Source: Defluviitaleaceae bacterium
GTDB taxonomy: Bacteria; Bacillota; Clostridia; Lachnospirales; WRAX01
NCBI GenBank assembly: GCA_009780415.1
Contig: WRAC01000005.1
Location: 14,835 to 78,834, forward strand
Direction: 5' to 3'
DNA length: 64,000 bases
The notes below the pieces were generated by a model. That model was not told the DNA's origin and made no database searches. It saw only the letters and a program-made list of their open reading frames with translations. Shown here in pieces: positions 29,050 to 38,757 of the stretch. Each line of letters begins with the position of its first letter. Positions within the stretch are counted from its first letter, which is position 1. Both the position numbers and the translations under genes were made by a program.

Positions 29050-29949
29050 ATGGGTAAGAAACATAGCGTGCTTGTTATCGACGATCAGGAAACAACCATT
29101 TGGGCCCTTACGAGGATGTTAAACTCCGATTATAACGTTTATGCGGCAAAAAGCGGGGTTGAGGGCATATTAGCCGCTGAAAGGCATCTGCCCGACGTTA
29201 TTTTGCTGGACATACTTATGCTGGATATGGACGGTTACGCCGTAATTACGGAACTTAAAAAATCCGAGAAAACAATGCACATCCCCGTCATTTTTATCAC
29301 GGGGCTATATGGTGATGACAACGAGGAGAAAGCGCTTGCTTTGGGGGCCGCCGATTATATCACCAAGCCATTTTCCCCCGATATCGTGAAGCTTAGGTTA
29401 AGGAACCAGATAAGAATGCTTGAGCAGCTTAGGACAATCGAGCGGCTTAGTATGCATGACCAGCTTACGGAACTGCCCAACAGGCGCAGTTTTGAGATAC
29501 GGCTGAAGGAAGAATGGGGAAGGTCTGCGCGTGAGCATACCCCGCTCAGCGCTCTGGTGGTTGATATAGATAATTTTAAAATATATAACGATACTTATGG
29601 ACACCAGCAGGGGGACGCCGCGCTGCAGGCCGTCGCCGGGATATTCCCCCGGGTATTGAAACGCACAAGCGACTTTGCCGCGCGCTGGGGCGGCGAGGAG
29701 TTTATAGTGCTTTTATACAACACATGCGCGGACGGCGCAAAGGACGTCGCGGAGCAATTGCGCAAACATGCCGAGGACATGGAAATCCCCGGCCCCGACG
29801 GAATAACAAAGGTAACCGTCAGCATCGGCGCGAACACGCGGGAGCATGGCAACAGCTGCTCTGTAAACGAATTTATCTCCGCCGCCGATATGGCGCTTTA
29901 TGAAGCTAAGAACAAAGGCCGTAACCGGGTTTGCTGCAATGTAAATTAG
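29050..29949 (+). CDS. REC-GGDEF diguanylate cyclase
   Basis: REC domain, DQLTELPNRR, DIDNFK, and I-site RTSD before GGEEF. Confidence 0.93.
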   Translation: MGKKHSVLVIDDQETTIWALTRMLNSDYNVYAAKSGVEGILAAERHLPDVILLDILMLDMDGYAVITELKKSEKTMHIPVIFITGLYGDDNEEKALALGAADYITKPFSPDIVKLRLRNQIRMLEQLRTIERLSMHDQLTELPNRRSFEIRLKEEWGRSAREHTPLSALVVDIDNFKIYNDTYGHQQGDAALQAVAGIFPRVLKRTSDFAARWGGEEFIVLLYNTCADGAKDVAEQLRKHAEDMEIPGPDGITKVTVSIGANTREHGNSCSVNEFISAADMALYEAKNKGRNRVCCNVN

Positions 29950-31316
29950 CAATCGGCCGGCTTCAATACGGCGATAACCTCAACATGCCGTGTCCTTGGA
30001 AATAGATCCGCCGCCCGCGATTTAATCACCGTATACCCATATTTGCCCAGCAGGCTAATATCGCGCGAGAGCGTCGCCGGGTCGCATGAAATATATACTA
30101 TACGGCGCGGATGGGCGGCGGCTATGGCGGAAACGGTATGATTACCAAGGCCTTTCCTCGGCGGGTCAACGATGACGGCGGAAAAACCGCTTACCAGCCG
30201 GCTTATATCATTGCCGGAAAAATCAAGGTCGGCCTGAACAAACCGTATATTATTTACCGCGTTATGTTTAGCGTTTTCGCGCGCGTCCGCAACCGCTTTC
30301 CCATCAATCTCAACCCCCGTAACGTTTATGTCCGGGCGTTTTTTAGCGAAAAACAAACCGATGGCCCCCGCTCCGCAAAACAAATCCAAAACGGTCTCAT
30401 TCTCTTCCAAATCAGCCATATCAAAAGCCGCCCCGTACAATTCCTCCGCGGCCGATGTGTTCACCTGATAAAAAGCGCCCGCGCTTATCCGCATCTCCAG
30501 CCCGCAAATATTGTCCATAATATAATCGCGCCCGTACAGCACGGACCAGCCGCTTCCAAGGTTGGCGTTGCCGCGCGCCGTGTGCGTGTTGATCAGCACG
30601 CCCCGTACCGCGGGAAACTCGCCGGCAAGCATCGCGGCAAGCTCATCCCCGTCTTTCAAACATTCCCCATTTATCACAAAACAAACCATTATCTCGCCGG
30701 AACGCTCCCCGCGCCGTAAATATAAATGGCGCAGAATCCCTTTTCCCGTTTCCTCGCCGTAAGCGGGTATGCGTCTTGCGTTCAAAAAACCAAGCGCTTT
30801 CCTTTGAATGCTTGCAAAGATATCGGGGCATAAATCGCAGTATTCTGCCGGCACAAGCCTGTGACTTCGCCCGGCGTAAAATCCCAGGCGCACATCGCCG
30901 CATTCGCCGCCAAAGGGCAGAACCGCTTTGTTACGGTAGCCCGAAATCAAGGTCGACGGTATTATTCCACATGGCTTTATATCCGTCCCTCCAATGCGTT
31001 TTAACGCGCTTGCCGCGATATTCAGCTTGGCCCTAAGCTCGGCGTCATAACTCATATGCCTGAACGCGCAGCCGCCGCATTTGCCGTATACGGGGCAGCC
31101 GGCTTCCGCGCGCTCCGGCGAGGGCTTTATGATTTTCAATACCTTCGCAAAGGCATGGTTCTTGTTAACCTTTAAAATAAGCGCCTCAACCACCTCGCCG
31201 GGCGCGGTAAACGGCGCAAAGACGACAAGCCCGCCAAACTTAGCCACACCCTGGCCTTCCGCCGATATGTCCGTAACAGAAAGCGTTACAACATCATTTT
31301 TGCTTACCGCTTCCAT
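29946..31316 (-). CDS. rlmD: 23S rRNA (uracil-1939-C5)-methyltransferase
   Basis: TRAM domain, CPVYGKCGGC, AFYQVN, VDPPRKG, YISCDP and DLFPRT motifs; start at MEAVSK. Confidence 0.93.
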   Translation of the reverse strand: MEAVSKNDVVTLSVTDISAEGQGVAKFGGLVVFAPFTAPGEVVEALILKVNKNHAFAKVLKIIKPSPERAEAGCPVYGKCGGCAFRHMSYDAELRAKLNIAASALKRIGGTDIKPCGIIPSTLISGYRNKAVLPFGGECGDVRLGFYAGRSHRLVPAEYCDLCPDIFASIQRKALGFLNARRIPAYGEETGKGILRHLYLRRGERSGEIMVCFVINGECLKDGDELAAMLAGEFPAVRGVLINTHTARGNANLGSGWSVLYGRDYIMDNICGLEMRISAGAFYQVNTSAAEELYGAAFDMADLEENETVLDLFCGAGAIGLFFAKKRPDINVTGVEIDGKAVADARENAKHNAVNNIRFVQADLDFSGNDISRLVSGFSAVIVDPPRKGLGNHTVSAIAAAHPRRIVYISCDPATLSRDISLLGKYGYTVIKSRAADLFPRTRHVEVIAVLKPADC

Positions 31317-31365
31317 CCGATTTCCGCCTTTTTTTATGTTTTTATGTCTTATGCGGTTGTATAAT

Positions 31366-31395
31366 AAAAAACTCCATGACGTAGTCGCCATGGAG
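31366..31395 (-). terminator. Intrinsic terminator after csp
   Basis: Minus strand reads CTCCATGGCG-ACTA-CGTCATGGAG-TTTTTT. Confidence 0.8.
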
Positions 31396-31477
31396 GGTCG
31401 TGTGCTATAAAACCATTTAAATATTTACGCGTGATATCTTTGTGTCGTTTTCCAAAGCGCTTAAAAAATCGTAACCA

Positions 31478-31493
31478 GGTTTCACGTGAAATA
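31478..31493. promoter_or_regulatory. parS-like palindrome GGTTTCACGTGAAATA
   Basis: 14/16 match to TGTTTCACGTGAAACA, in an intergenic position. Confidence 0.55.
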
Positions 31494-31527
31494 GATTTCG
31501 TGGGTTTAAAGCTTACGAATAGTTGTT

Positions 31528-31728
31528 TTAGAGCTTGATAACGTTCGAAGCCTGCGGGCCTTTCGCGCCGTTTACGACTTCAAACTCGACCTCCTGGCCT
31601 TCTTCAAGCGTCTTGTAACCATCGGAGTTGATAGCGGAGAAATGTACGAATACATCGTCCTCACCCTGTACGGAAATAAATCCGAAACCCTTTTCTGCGT
31701 TGAACCATTTCACGGTACCTTTTTTCAT
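31528..31728 (-). CDS. Cold-shock protein (CspA family)
   Basis: [18 protein letters not shown] and DVFVHFSAI motifs; 66 aa. Confidence 0.97.
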   Translation of the reverse strand: MKKGTVKWFNAEKGFGFISVQGEDDVFVHFSAINSDGYKTLEEGQEVEFEVVNGAKGPQASNVIKL

Positions 31729-31848
31729 GTTGCATCCTCCTGGATATAAATAAAAATGCGTGTACGGTGCAGTATGCCCGCACATCGTTTATTATGCTAA
31801 CACAGTTTTCCCGGTATGTCAACATAAAAATAAATAATTCAATTCCCT

Positions 31849-33558
31849 TTATCCGGCACCTTCCTCCGCAAAGAACTTCCGGGTATTTTCCGCAATGGCT
31901 GATATGTTGTCGTAGGACGCGTTTACGCTGGCGCTGATCTTCACTATCATCTCGTTGACGGAACTGATGGCGCCTGTTGCCTTAACGGAGGTATCCTTTG
32001 TCTGTTTTGCTGATTCGGCGGATCTGGTAGCCAGCGTTCTTATCTCCTCCGCCACAACGCTGAACGCGCGCCCCGCCGTACCGGCCCTGGCGGCTTCGAT
32101 TGAGGCGTTCAGCGATATAATATTAATCTGCATCGCTATTTTTTCAATTTCCATGACCATCTTATTATACGCGGTGATGGCATCGGTGATATCCTTTATG
32201 TTTGATACGATGCCCTCGGTCAGCTCCTTTGTATTTGCGGTGTCGGTAAGTATATATTCAAAGTTGCTCAAATTCGCCTTGGCTTCGGCATGTTCGCGCT
32301 GAACGTCCTTATGCGCCTTGTCAACGCAGTTGCCGGGAATATCAAGCCCCTTCGCTATCCTCAGCACCATTTCATGGCAAGTGTCGCAGCCGCAAGCGCC
32401 GCAGTCGAACGTCCTGCCGGCTTCATCATGCTTGCCAAGCGCTTCGTAAATCTTTTTGATGGCTTCCTGTGAAACCTGTATACGGCGGGTCGGGAGGGGT
32501 TTGTAATGTCTTATGAAATCCTCCAGGCGCAGTGTTCTGTCAAATTCCTCAAACAGCTCGTCCAGATACTGTCTCTTGTCCTCGCGGATTGAGTTTTTGC
32601 GCGCGGAATCCATTGATGTGTTCATATCAAACACGTTTTTGTTATGGATACAGCCGGTGCCAAGGTTGCATCCCTCCGCGCAGTTGAGTACGTCAAACAC
32701 TGCGGGAAGCGCGTTGACCGGCTGGATGGCATATTCGTCCAGGGCTTTATAGACGACGTCCGGCCCTTCCGATTTATCTATGCGGAGGGCTTTGCCTATG
32801 TAATACTCCACATTTTCCTTCAACCCTCCGGGCATCGGGTAAAGCGAACCCAATCCTGAGTCATAATGGTCGAACCCGGATGACTGGACGGGGAGGCTGA
32901 TGCGGTGACTGTCCATATACTCTTGGAGCTTTTTGAAAGTGACGTTGTATTCCGCAAGGCCGGTGGCCTCGAATTCGTGGGTTTTCGCGATGCATGGGGA
33001 AAGCGCCGCGATTCTGGTATTTACATTGGCGTACTTTTTCATATATACCGCGGAGCAGAGCATGGGCGAATGTACGGGGGACAGCTTCTTGACCAGTTCA
33101 TTTTTATGCAGCAGCACGTAATTCACAATAGCGGGGCATGGCTGTGAGATTATGGGGTTTGCGCCGTGTTTCTGGATATATCTGATATGCGCCCATGTGC
33201 AGATGTCCGCGCCAAGGGAAACATCGTGGATTTCCCTGACTCCAAGCTGACGCAGCCATGTCAGCATACGCTCCCAGTCATTGAAGTTCGTTTTAAAAGC
33301 CGGCGCGGCAAAGACGCTGATGGGAACGCCGCTTTTCAGGTCACTGAAGAATCGCTCCGTATCGTCCTCGTACTGCCTCGCGCCGTGATGGCACGCGCTG
33401 ATACAAGCTCCGCAGCTTATACATTTGCTGCTGTCCACCTCGACTTTGACATCTCCGCCGATTAGCCTGGAGATATTTGCTTCGTCAATAGGGCATACTC
33501 TAACGCAGCGGTTGCATCCGACGCAATTCTCGCTCAGGTTGATGATCAGGTTCCTCAT
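31849..33558 (-). CDS. [FeFe]-hydrogenase-like sensory domain fused to an MCP signalling domain (soluble chemoreceptor)
   Basis: 2x[4Fe-4S] (CVGCNRCVRVCP, CISCGACISAC); H-cluster-like motifs SQPCP, SPCIAKTHE and LNCAEGCNLG; FeS motif DCGACGCDTC; MCP hairpin ISLNASIEAARAG..GRAFSVVAEEIR. Confidence 0.88.
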   Translation of the reverse strand: MRNLIINLSENCVGCNRCVRVCPIDEANISRLIGGDVKVEVDSSKCISCGACISACHHGARQYEDDTERFFSDLKSGVPISVFAAPAFKTNFNDWERMLTWLRQLGVREIHDVSLGADICTWAHIRYIQKHGANPIISQPCPAIVNYVLLHKNELVKKLSPVHSPMLCSAVYMKKYANVNTRIAALSPCIAKTHEFEATGLAEYNVTFKKLQEYMDSHRISLPVQSSGFDHYDSGLGSLYPMPGGLKENVEYYIGKALRIDKSEGPDVVYKALDEYAIQPVNALPAVFDVLNCAEGCNLGTGCIHNKNVFDMNTSMDSARKNSIREDKRQYLDELFEEFDRTLRLEDFIRHYKPLPTRRIQVSQEAIKKIYEALGKHDEAGRTFDCGACGCDTCHEMVLRIAKGLDIPGNCVDKAHKDVQREHAEAKANLSNFEYILTDTANTKELTEGIVSNIKDITDAITAYNKMVMEIEKIAMQINIISLNASIEAARAGTAGRAFSVVAEEIRTLATRSAESAKQTKDTSVKATGAISSVNEMIVKISASVNASYDNISAIAENTRKFFAEEGAG

Positions 33559-33684
33559 TTACCCCACCCCAGTTATGGATTTGAAGAAAATATTATACGG
33601 CAAGTGTATATAAAAATTAAAATAACATAGGTTTATACAAAATGCAAGTGAATTAAACATTCCTCGCCAAAAAGAATTTACCGT

Positions 33685-33713
33685 TTGCATTTTTGGAAAT
33701 ATAGCTGTATACT
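33685..33713 (+). promoter_or_regulatory. sigma-A promoter TTGCAT-N17-TATACT
   Basis: Near-consensus promoter upstream of 33742. Confidence 0.6.
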
Positions 33714-33741
33714 GGGAGAAAATAGGTAAAGGGGCATTGTC

Positions 33742-34920
33742 ATGATTGGTGTGGCATTGATTGGTACCGGCGATATAAGCGGTATTTACTTGAAAAATAT
33801 AACCCAGGTTTTCCGCGGCGTTAACCTTATCGGCGTTTGCGACCTCATAGGCTCCCGCGCGGAAAAAGGCGCCGCTTATGTCAGCGAATTAAATCCGAGG
33901 AAAACCGTTAAGATTTACAAAGACATGTACGAAGCCTTTAACGACCCGGATGTCAGCGTTATCTTAAACCTGACGAGGCCCGGCGAGCATTACGGGGTCA
34001 GCAGGCAGGCACTGCTCCACGGCAAGCATGTCTACGCCGAAAAACCCATATCCGTAAGCATGGAGGAAGCGACGGAGCTGCTTGCGCTTGCGAAGGAAAA
34101 AAACCTTTTAATGGGCGGCGCGCCGGACACATTCATGGGAGCGGGCATACAGACCTGCCGCAAGCTTATTGACGGCGGCATTATAGGCGATGTTATCGGC
34201 GCGGATTGCGCAATGATCTGCAGGGGGCACGAGACATGGCATCCCGACCCGGAATTCTACTATAAACGCGGAGGCGGCCCGATGCTGGACATGGGCCCGT
34301 ACTACCTGACCGGACTCCTTAACCTCCTTGGCGAAGCTAAAGGCGTCACGGGCATGACAAAGCGCTCTTTTAAAAGCCGTCCCATCAGCTCGCAGCCGCG
34401 TTTCGGCGAAATCATCTCCGTGGATGAGGACACATACGCCGCCGGCTGTATAGAGTTCACAAGCGGCGCGGTGGCGCAGGTCATCACGACGTTCGACGTA
34501 CACTACACCACCCAGGCGCGTTTTGAGGTTTACGGCACCGAAGGCACAATGATCGTCCCCGACCCCAACACCTTCGGCGGCCCCATCCTCCTTTACCGCC
34601 GCGAGGACGCCGCGAACCTGCCAAGCGTTGACCCCGCCCTCATAAAACCCGAGGAAATCAGCCTGTACCGCGGCTACCGCCAAATCCCGCTAATGTTCGG
34701 CTACCGTGAAAACAGCCGCGGCCTGGGACTTGCGGATATGTGCAGGGCTATAGAGTCAAAGAGGCTCCACCGCGCCAACTCCGAGCAGCAAATCCATGTA
34801 TTGGAAATCATGACGGCCTTTGGTGAGTCCAGCCGCCAAAAACGCTGCATAGACTTAAAAACAAAATACACCCGTGCCGAACCGATGAAGAACGCGGATT
34901 TGCCGGGTGTATTGGAATAG
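33742..34920 (+). CDS. Gfo/Idh/MocA oxidoreductase
   Basis: IGTGDIS, GKHVYAEKP and GGGPMLDMGPY motifs. Confidence 0.9.
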   Translation: MIGVALIGTGDISGIYLKNITQVFRGVNLIGVCDLIGSRAEKGAAYVSELNPRKTVKIYKDMYEAFNDPDVSVILNLTRPGEHYGVSRQALLHGKHVYAEKPISVSMEEATELLALAKEKNLLMGGAPDTFMGAGIQTCRKLIDGGIIGDVIGADCAMICRGHETWHPDPEFYYKRGGGPMLDMGPYYLTGLLNLLGEAKGVTGMTKRSFKSRPISSQPRFGEIISVDEDTYAAGCIEFTSGAVAQVITTFDVHYTTQARFEVYGTEGTMIVPDPNTFGGPILLYRREDAANLPSVDPALIKPEEISLYRGYRQIPLMFGYRENSRGLGLADMCRAIESKRLHRANSEQQIHVLEIMTAFGESSRQKRCIDLKTKYTRAEPMKNADLPGVLE

Positions 34921-34934
34921 TTAAATTTCGGTGT

Positions 34935-35933
34935 TTACGCCTTTTCGTAAGCCTCGATAATAGCCGGGATGACCGTGTACAAATCCCCCACTATGCCATA
35001 ATCCGCCACTTCAAATATAGGCGCGTTTTCATCTTTGTTTATGGCGATAATGCAGTCGGCGTTCTGCATACCCGCCAGATGCTGGATCGCGCCGGAAATG
35101 CCGCATGCGATGTAGATTTTGGGTTTTACCGTTGTGCCGGTCTGGCCTACCTGGTGGTTTTTGGATATCCAGCCCGCGTCAACCGCGGCGCGGCTGGAGC
35201 CTACCAAGCCGCCGAAGGTTTTCGCCAGCTTGCCGATCAGCTCAAATCCATGAGGGCCTCCAAGCCCGCCGCCGCCGGAGACTATGACATCGGCGTCGGT
35301 TAGGGAAACGGCTTCGTGCACGGTTTTTACTATTTCCAATATTTTCTGGCGCGCGTCGTTTTCGGTGAGGGATATGTCAAGCTTTACCAGCTCGCCTTTT
35401 CTGCCGGGCGTTCTTTCGGCTTTTTCCATTACGCCTGGGCGAACGGTCGCCATTTGCGGGCGGTTGTCCGGCGTAATGATTGTCGCCATAAGGTTTCCGC
35501 CAAAAGCGGGGCGGGTTTGCAGCAGTTTTTTATCCTCCGGGTCTATCTCAAGCTTTGTGCAATCCGCCGTAAGCCCCGCGCCCAGCCTTAACCCCACGCA
35601 AGGCGCAAGGTCGCGCCCGATGTGCGTCGCGCCCATCAGGATAATCTCGGGCTTATATTTCGCCGCCGCGTCCGCCATAACCTTTGTGTACGCGTCGTTG
35701 GTATAATTCTTTAATTCCGGGGCGTCGGCGGCGTATACGGTGTCCGCGCCCAGTTCAAATAATTCCTGTATCAAATGCTCCACATTTTCGCCGCAAAGCA
35801 CGGTTCCAAGGCTCGTCCCGGCCGCTTCGGCCAGCTTACGGCCTTCGCCCAAAAGCTCCATGACCACGGGCATAAGCTTTCCGCCGCGGCTCTCCGCAAA
35901 AACCCACACACCGCGATATTCATTAATCGCCAT
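34935..35933 (-). CDS. etfA: Electron transfer flavoprotein alpha subunit
   Basis: [21 protein letters not shown] and CGISGAIQH motifs. Confidence 0.96.
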   Translation of the reverse strand: MAINEYRGVWVFAESRGGKLMPVVMELLGEGRKLAEAAGTSLGTVLCGENVEHLIQELFELGADTVYAADAPELKNYTNDAYTKVMADAAAKYKPEIILMGATHIGRDLAPCVGLRLGAGLTADCTKLEIDPEDKKLLQTRPAFGGNLMATIITPDNRPQMATVRPGVMEKAERTPGRKGELVKLDISLTENDARQKILEIVKTVHEAVSLTDADVIVSGGGGLGGPHGFELIGKLAKTFGGLVGSSRAAVDAGWISKNHQVGQTGTTVKPKIYIACGISGAIQHLAGMQNADCIIAINKDENAPIFEVADYGIVGDLYTVIPAIIEAYEKA

Positions 35934-35937
35934 AACC

Positions 35938-36735
35938 TTAGCCCTCCTTCTTCAGCATATTCTTATGATTAAGCGCGTCAATCAGCGCGGCGGCGGCGTC
36001 CCCGGCGCTGCCCCCAAGCATCTGCCCCTTACCCTTGGGCGGCGGCGTAAAACTCTTCCACACCTTGGTCGGGCTTGCTTTCAAGCCGCATTTCTCGGGC
36101 TCTATGTTTAAATCCTTTTCGTCCCATACCGTAATTTCTCTGGCATACGCGTCCTCAATGCCCATAAGTGTCATGTAACGCGGGCTGTTAAGCTCCTTCA
36201 CAGCCGTAAGCACGCAGGGCAGGGGAATCTCAATAACCTCGTAGCCGTCCTCCATCTGCCGCTCCACGATGACGCTTTTTTCCTTAACCTCACGGATCGC
36301 CTGCACATATGTCACGACGGGAAGCCCCAGCCTTCCGGCTATCTGCGGGCCGACCTGCGCGGTGTCGCCGTCTATGGCCTGGCGCCCGGCAAAGATGATA
36401 TCAAAGCCGCCGATTTTTTTAATACCCTCGGCAACCGTATTCGCCGTGACATATGTGTCCGCCCCGCCGAAAACGCGGCTGGACAGCAGGACGGCGTCAT
36501 CGGCGCCCATGGCAAGGCACTCGCGCAGCATATACTTCGCCTGACCCGGCCCCATGGAAATTACATGCACTTCCCCGCCGTAAGTGTCTTTCAGGGAGAG
36601 GGCGGCTTCCAGCGCGTTCGCGTCGTCTGGGTTCAATATCGACGGAACTCCCTCGCGTATCAATGTCCCCTTTACGGGATCGATCTTAACCTCGTTAGTA
36701 TCCGGCACCTGCTTGGCGCACACGATTATCTTCAT
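35938..36735 (-). CDS. etfB: Electron transfer flavoprotein beta subunit (bifurcating type)
   Basis: [15 protein letters not shown] and [14 protein letters not shown] motifs. Confidence 0.96.
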   Translation of the reverse strand: MKIIVCAKQVPDTNEVKIDPVKGTLIREGVPSILNPDDANALEAALSLKDTYGGEVHVISMGPGQAKYMLRECLAMGADDAVLLSSRVFGGADTYVTANTVAEGIKKIGGFDIIFAGRQAIDGDTAQVGPQIAGRLGLPVVTYVQAIREVKEKSVIVERQMEDGYEVIEIPLPCVLTAVKELNSPRYMTLMGIEDAYAREITVWDEKDLNIEPEKCGLKASPTKVWKSFTPPPKGKGQMLGGSAGDAAAALIDALNHKNMLKKEG

Positions 36736-36748
36736 ATATAAAACTCCT

Positions 36749-37897
36749 TTATCTCTTCAGCAGTTGCGCTGCCATAACCATTTTCTGCACTTCGCTTGTG
36801 CCCTCGTAAATCGGCAGTATGCGCGCGTCGCGGTACAGGCGTTCAACGCGGTAGTCCTTCATAAAGCCGTAGCCGCCGTGGATCTGGATGGCGTCGTAGG
36901 CGATCTGGTTTACCGCCTCGGCGGAATAGAGCTTGCAGGTGGAGGCGGCAAGGGATATCTGCCCGCCCGTAACGCCCGCGTCAACCAGCAGGGCGGCCTG
37001 ATAAGTAAGCTCTTTCGCGGCCTGAAGCTTCGCGTACATATCGGCGAGCTTGAAGCTAACGCCTTGGAACTCGCCTATGCGCTTGCCGAACTGCTTGCGT
37101 TCGTTGGCGTATTTAACGGATTCATCCAAGCAGGCTTGTCCTATGCCGATGGCTTGGGCCGCGATGCCTATGCGCCCGATATCCAGCGTTCCCATGGCGT
37201 TGGCAAATCCCCTGCCCAAATCACCCAGCAGGCCGCTTTTATGAACCCGTACGTTTTCCATGATAATATCGCTTGTCGGGCAGCCGCGGATGCCCAGCTT
37301 GTTTTCCGGTTTCCCCAAAGAAACGCCGGGGGCGCGCATATCCATTACAAAGGTGGAGATGCCGCGCAAACCCTTGTCCGGGTCGGTCTTTGCGTAAATA
37401 ATCGCGATATCGGCCGTAGGCGCGCCTGTGATAAATGTCTTGCGCCCGCTTAGGATATAGTAATCCCCGTCAAGGACGGCCCTTGTGGTCATACCGCCCG
37501 CGTCACTGCCCGCGCCGGGTTCGGTCAGGCCGAATGCGCCGATGTATTCGCCGGATGAGATAGGCGGCATGTATTTCTCCTTTTGCTCCCTGCTGCCCGA
37601 AATCATGATTGGCATACTGACAAGGGAATTCTGTGTGGAGATGTACAGCCCGAAAGCCGCGCTGGCCCGGCACATTTCTTCCGTGGCGATAACATAGGCC
37701 AAACAGTCCGAACCCTGCCCGCCCAGTTCCTTCGGCGTTTTAATGCCAAAAAACCCAATCTTACCCATCTTGTCCAACAACGCCCGGTCAAAATAACCTC
37801 TTTCCTCCGCCTCGTCAAGCACCTCGGAGGTCAGCTCGCGGTCAGCGAAGCCCTTGGCAAGCTTACGTATAAGCTCATGCTTTTCTTGAAAAATCAC
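36749..37897 (-). CDS. bcd: Acyl-CoA (butyryl-CoA) dehydrogenase
   Basis: FGLTEPGAGSDA, GRIGIAAQA, QIHGGYGF and IYEGTSEVQ motifs; upstream of etfBA; GTG start. Confidence 0.88.
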   Translation of the reverse strand: MIFQEKHELIRKLAKGFADRELTSEVLDEAEERGYFDRALLDKMGKIGFFGIKTPKELGGQGSDCLAYVIATEEMCRASAAFGLYISTQNSLVSMPIMISGSREQKEKYMPPISSGEYIGAFGLTEPGAGSDAGGMTTRAVLDGDYYILSGRKTFITGAPTADIAIIYAKTDPDKGLRGISTFVMDMRAPGVSLGKPENKLGIRGCPTSDIIMENVRVHKSGLLGDLGRGFANAMGTLDIGRIGIAAQAIGIGQACLDESVKYANERKQFGKRIGEFQGVSFKLADMYAKLQAAKELTYQAALLVDAGVTGGQISLAASTCKLYSAEAVNQIAYDAIQIHGGYGFMKDYRVERLYRDARILPIYEGTSEVQKMVMAAQLLKR

Positions 37898-37914
37898 TTA
37901 ACCACCCTCTACAT

Positions 37915-38658
37915 CTATATAGTGTTCGCAGGGGCAGGCATGAGACCCGCCCCCGCGTTGCAGACTGTTACGCAAACATTTCCAATAAGAATTCTTCGTA
38001 AATCTTCTTTTAACTCGGAGGGCTCATAATGGATGTTATTGAAGTCGTATTTGGCATAGAATTTGAGTATGTTATCCCGGTCATTCATAAAATTTCCAAA
38101 ATCATGCACATCAAAGCCCTCGGGCACATCAATGACGAATTCATGCCCATTCCCGAACAAACCCACTATTTTATCTTTTCCGTCGTTGCCTTTAATGAAA
38201 AAAATGGAAAATTCATAGGGAACATATCCCCCGTATGAAGCCTGCACCGTCCCGTTAAAACGGCTGCTTGCGCCGGCTGTCTTTTGCTCTTCAATTTCAT
38301 TCAGATCAAGCATCCAATCGGCGTACTCCTGCGTGAATATGCCCAATTCAACCATTTGCGCATAATAGGTTTTTAAATCGACCATGTAAAATTCCGGTCC
38401 GTACTCCTCAAGTAAATAGGGTATTTCCTTCGGCCAAAATTCCTCCGCCGGCGTCGGAATATTATGACTGTTCAGTTTCGTGGGATAAAACAGGGGGTTC
38501 ATAGAACCAAGCGGCCTTATTTCGCGTTGGCTTGCGTTGGATCCGGCAAGCGCCGCCCCGAACGAGCTGCCTGATTTCGGCGGTGACGCTGAGTTTCTCT
38601 GTGACGCCCATTTTACATGGGCATTCCCTAAACTGCTGATACAAATACCGTTTGTCAT
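37915..38658 (-). CDS. Hypothetical protein (orphan, 247 aa)
   Basis: Long ORF with GGAGG RBS; no recognisable motif; S/N-rich N-terminus. Confidence 0.7.
   Translation of the reverse strand: MTNGICISSLGNAHVKWASQRNSASPPKSGSSFGAALAGSNASQREIRPLGSMNPLFYPTKLNSHNIPTPAEEFWPKEIPYLLEEYGPEFYMVDLKTYYAQMVELGIFTQEYADWMLDLNEIEEQKTAGASSRFNGTVQASYGGYVPYEFSIFFIKGNDGKDKIVGLFGNGHEFVIDVPEGFDVHDFGNFMNDRDNILKFYAKYDFNNIHYEPSELKEDLRRILIGNVCVTVCNAGAGLMPAPANTI
37928..37956. repeat. REP-like hairpin GCAG-GGGCAGG-CATGAGA-CCCGCCC
   Basis: GC palindrome resembling the GTAG-GGGC REPs elsewhere in the window. Confidence 0.5.
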
Positions 38659-38717
38659 TGACTGCTGCCTCCAGAGTCCTGCGTCCGTGCTATATATTTG
38701 AATCCTTCATGTTAATT

Positions 38718-38725
38718 ATATCGGC
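38718..38725 (-). promoter_or_regulatory. sigma-28 (SigD/FliA) -10 element GCCGATAT
   Basis: Exact -10 consensus about 60 nt upstream of the orphan ATG; no TAAA -35 seen. Confidence 0.5.
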
Positions 38726-38732
38726 ATAATCC

Positions 38733-38757
38733 GGTCCGGCACAAGGTTCGTCCCTAC
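38733..38757 (-). repeat. Degenerate GTAG REP (GTAGGGACGAACCTTGTG...)
   Basis: Left arm resembles GTAGGGGCGAAC; right arm decayed; its TAG is the HD-GYP gene stop. Confidence 0.45.

Noticed and set aside
33594-33620. sigma-28 promoter (TTAA-N15-GCCGTATA) for the hydrogenase-MCP gene
   Set aside because: Imperfect match that overlaps equally plausible sigma-A elements, so it cannot be called.
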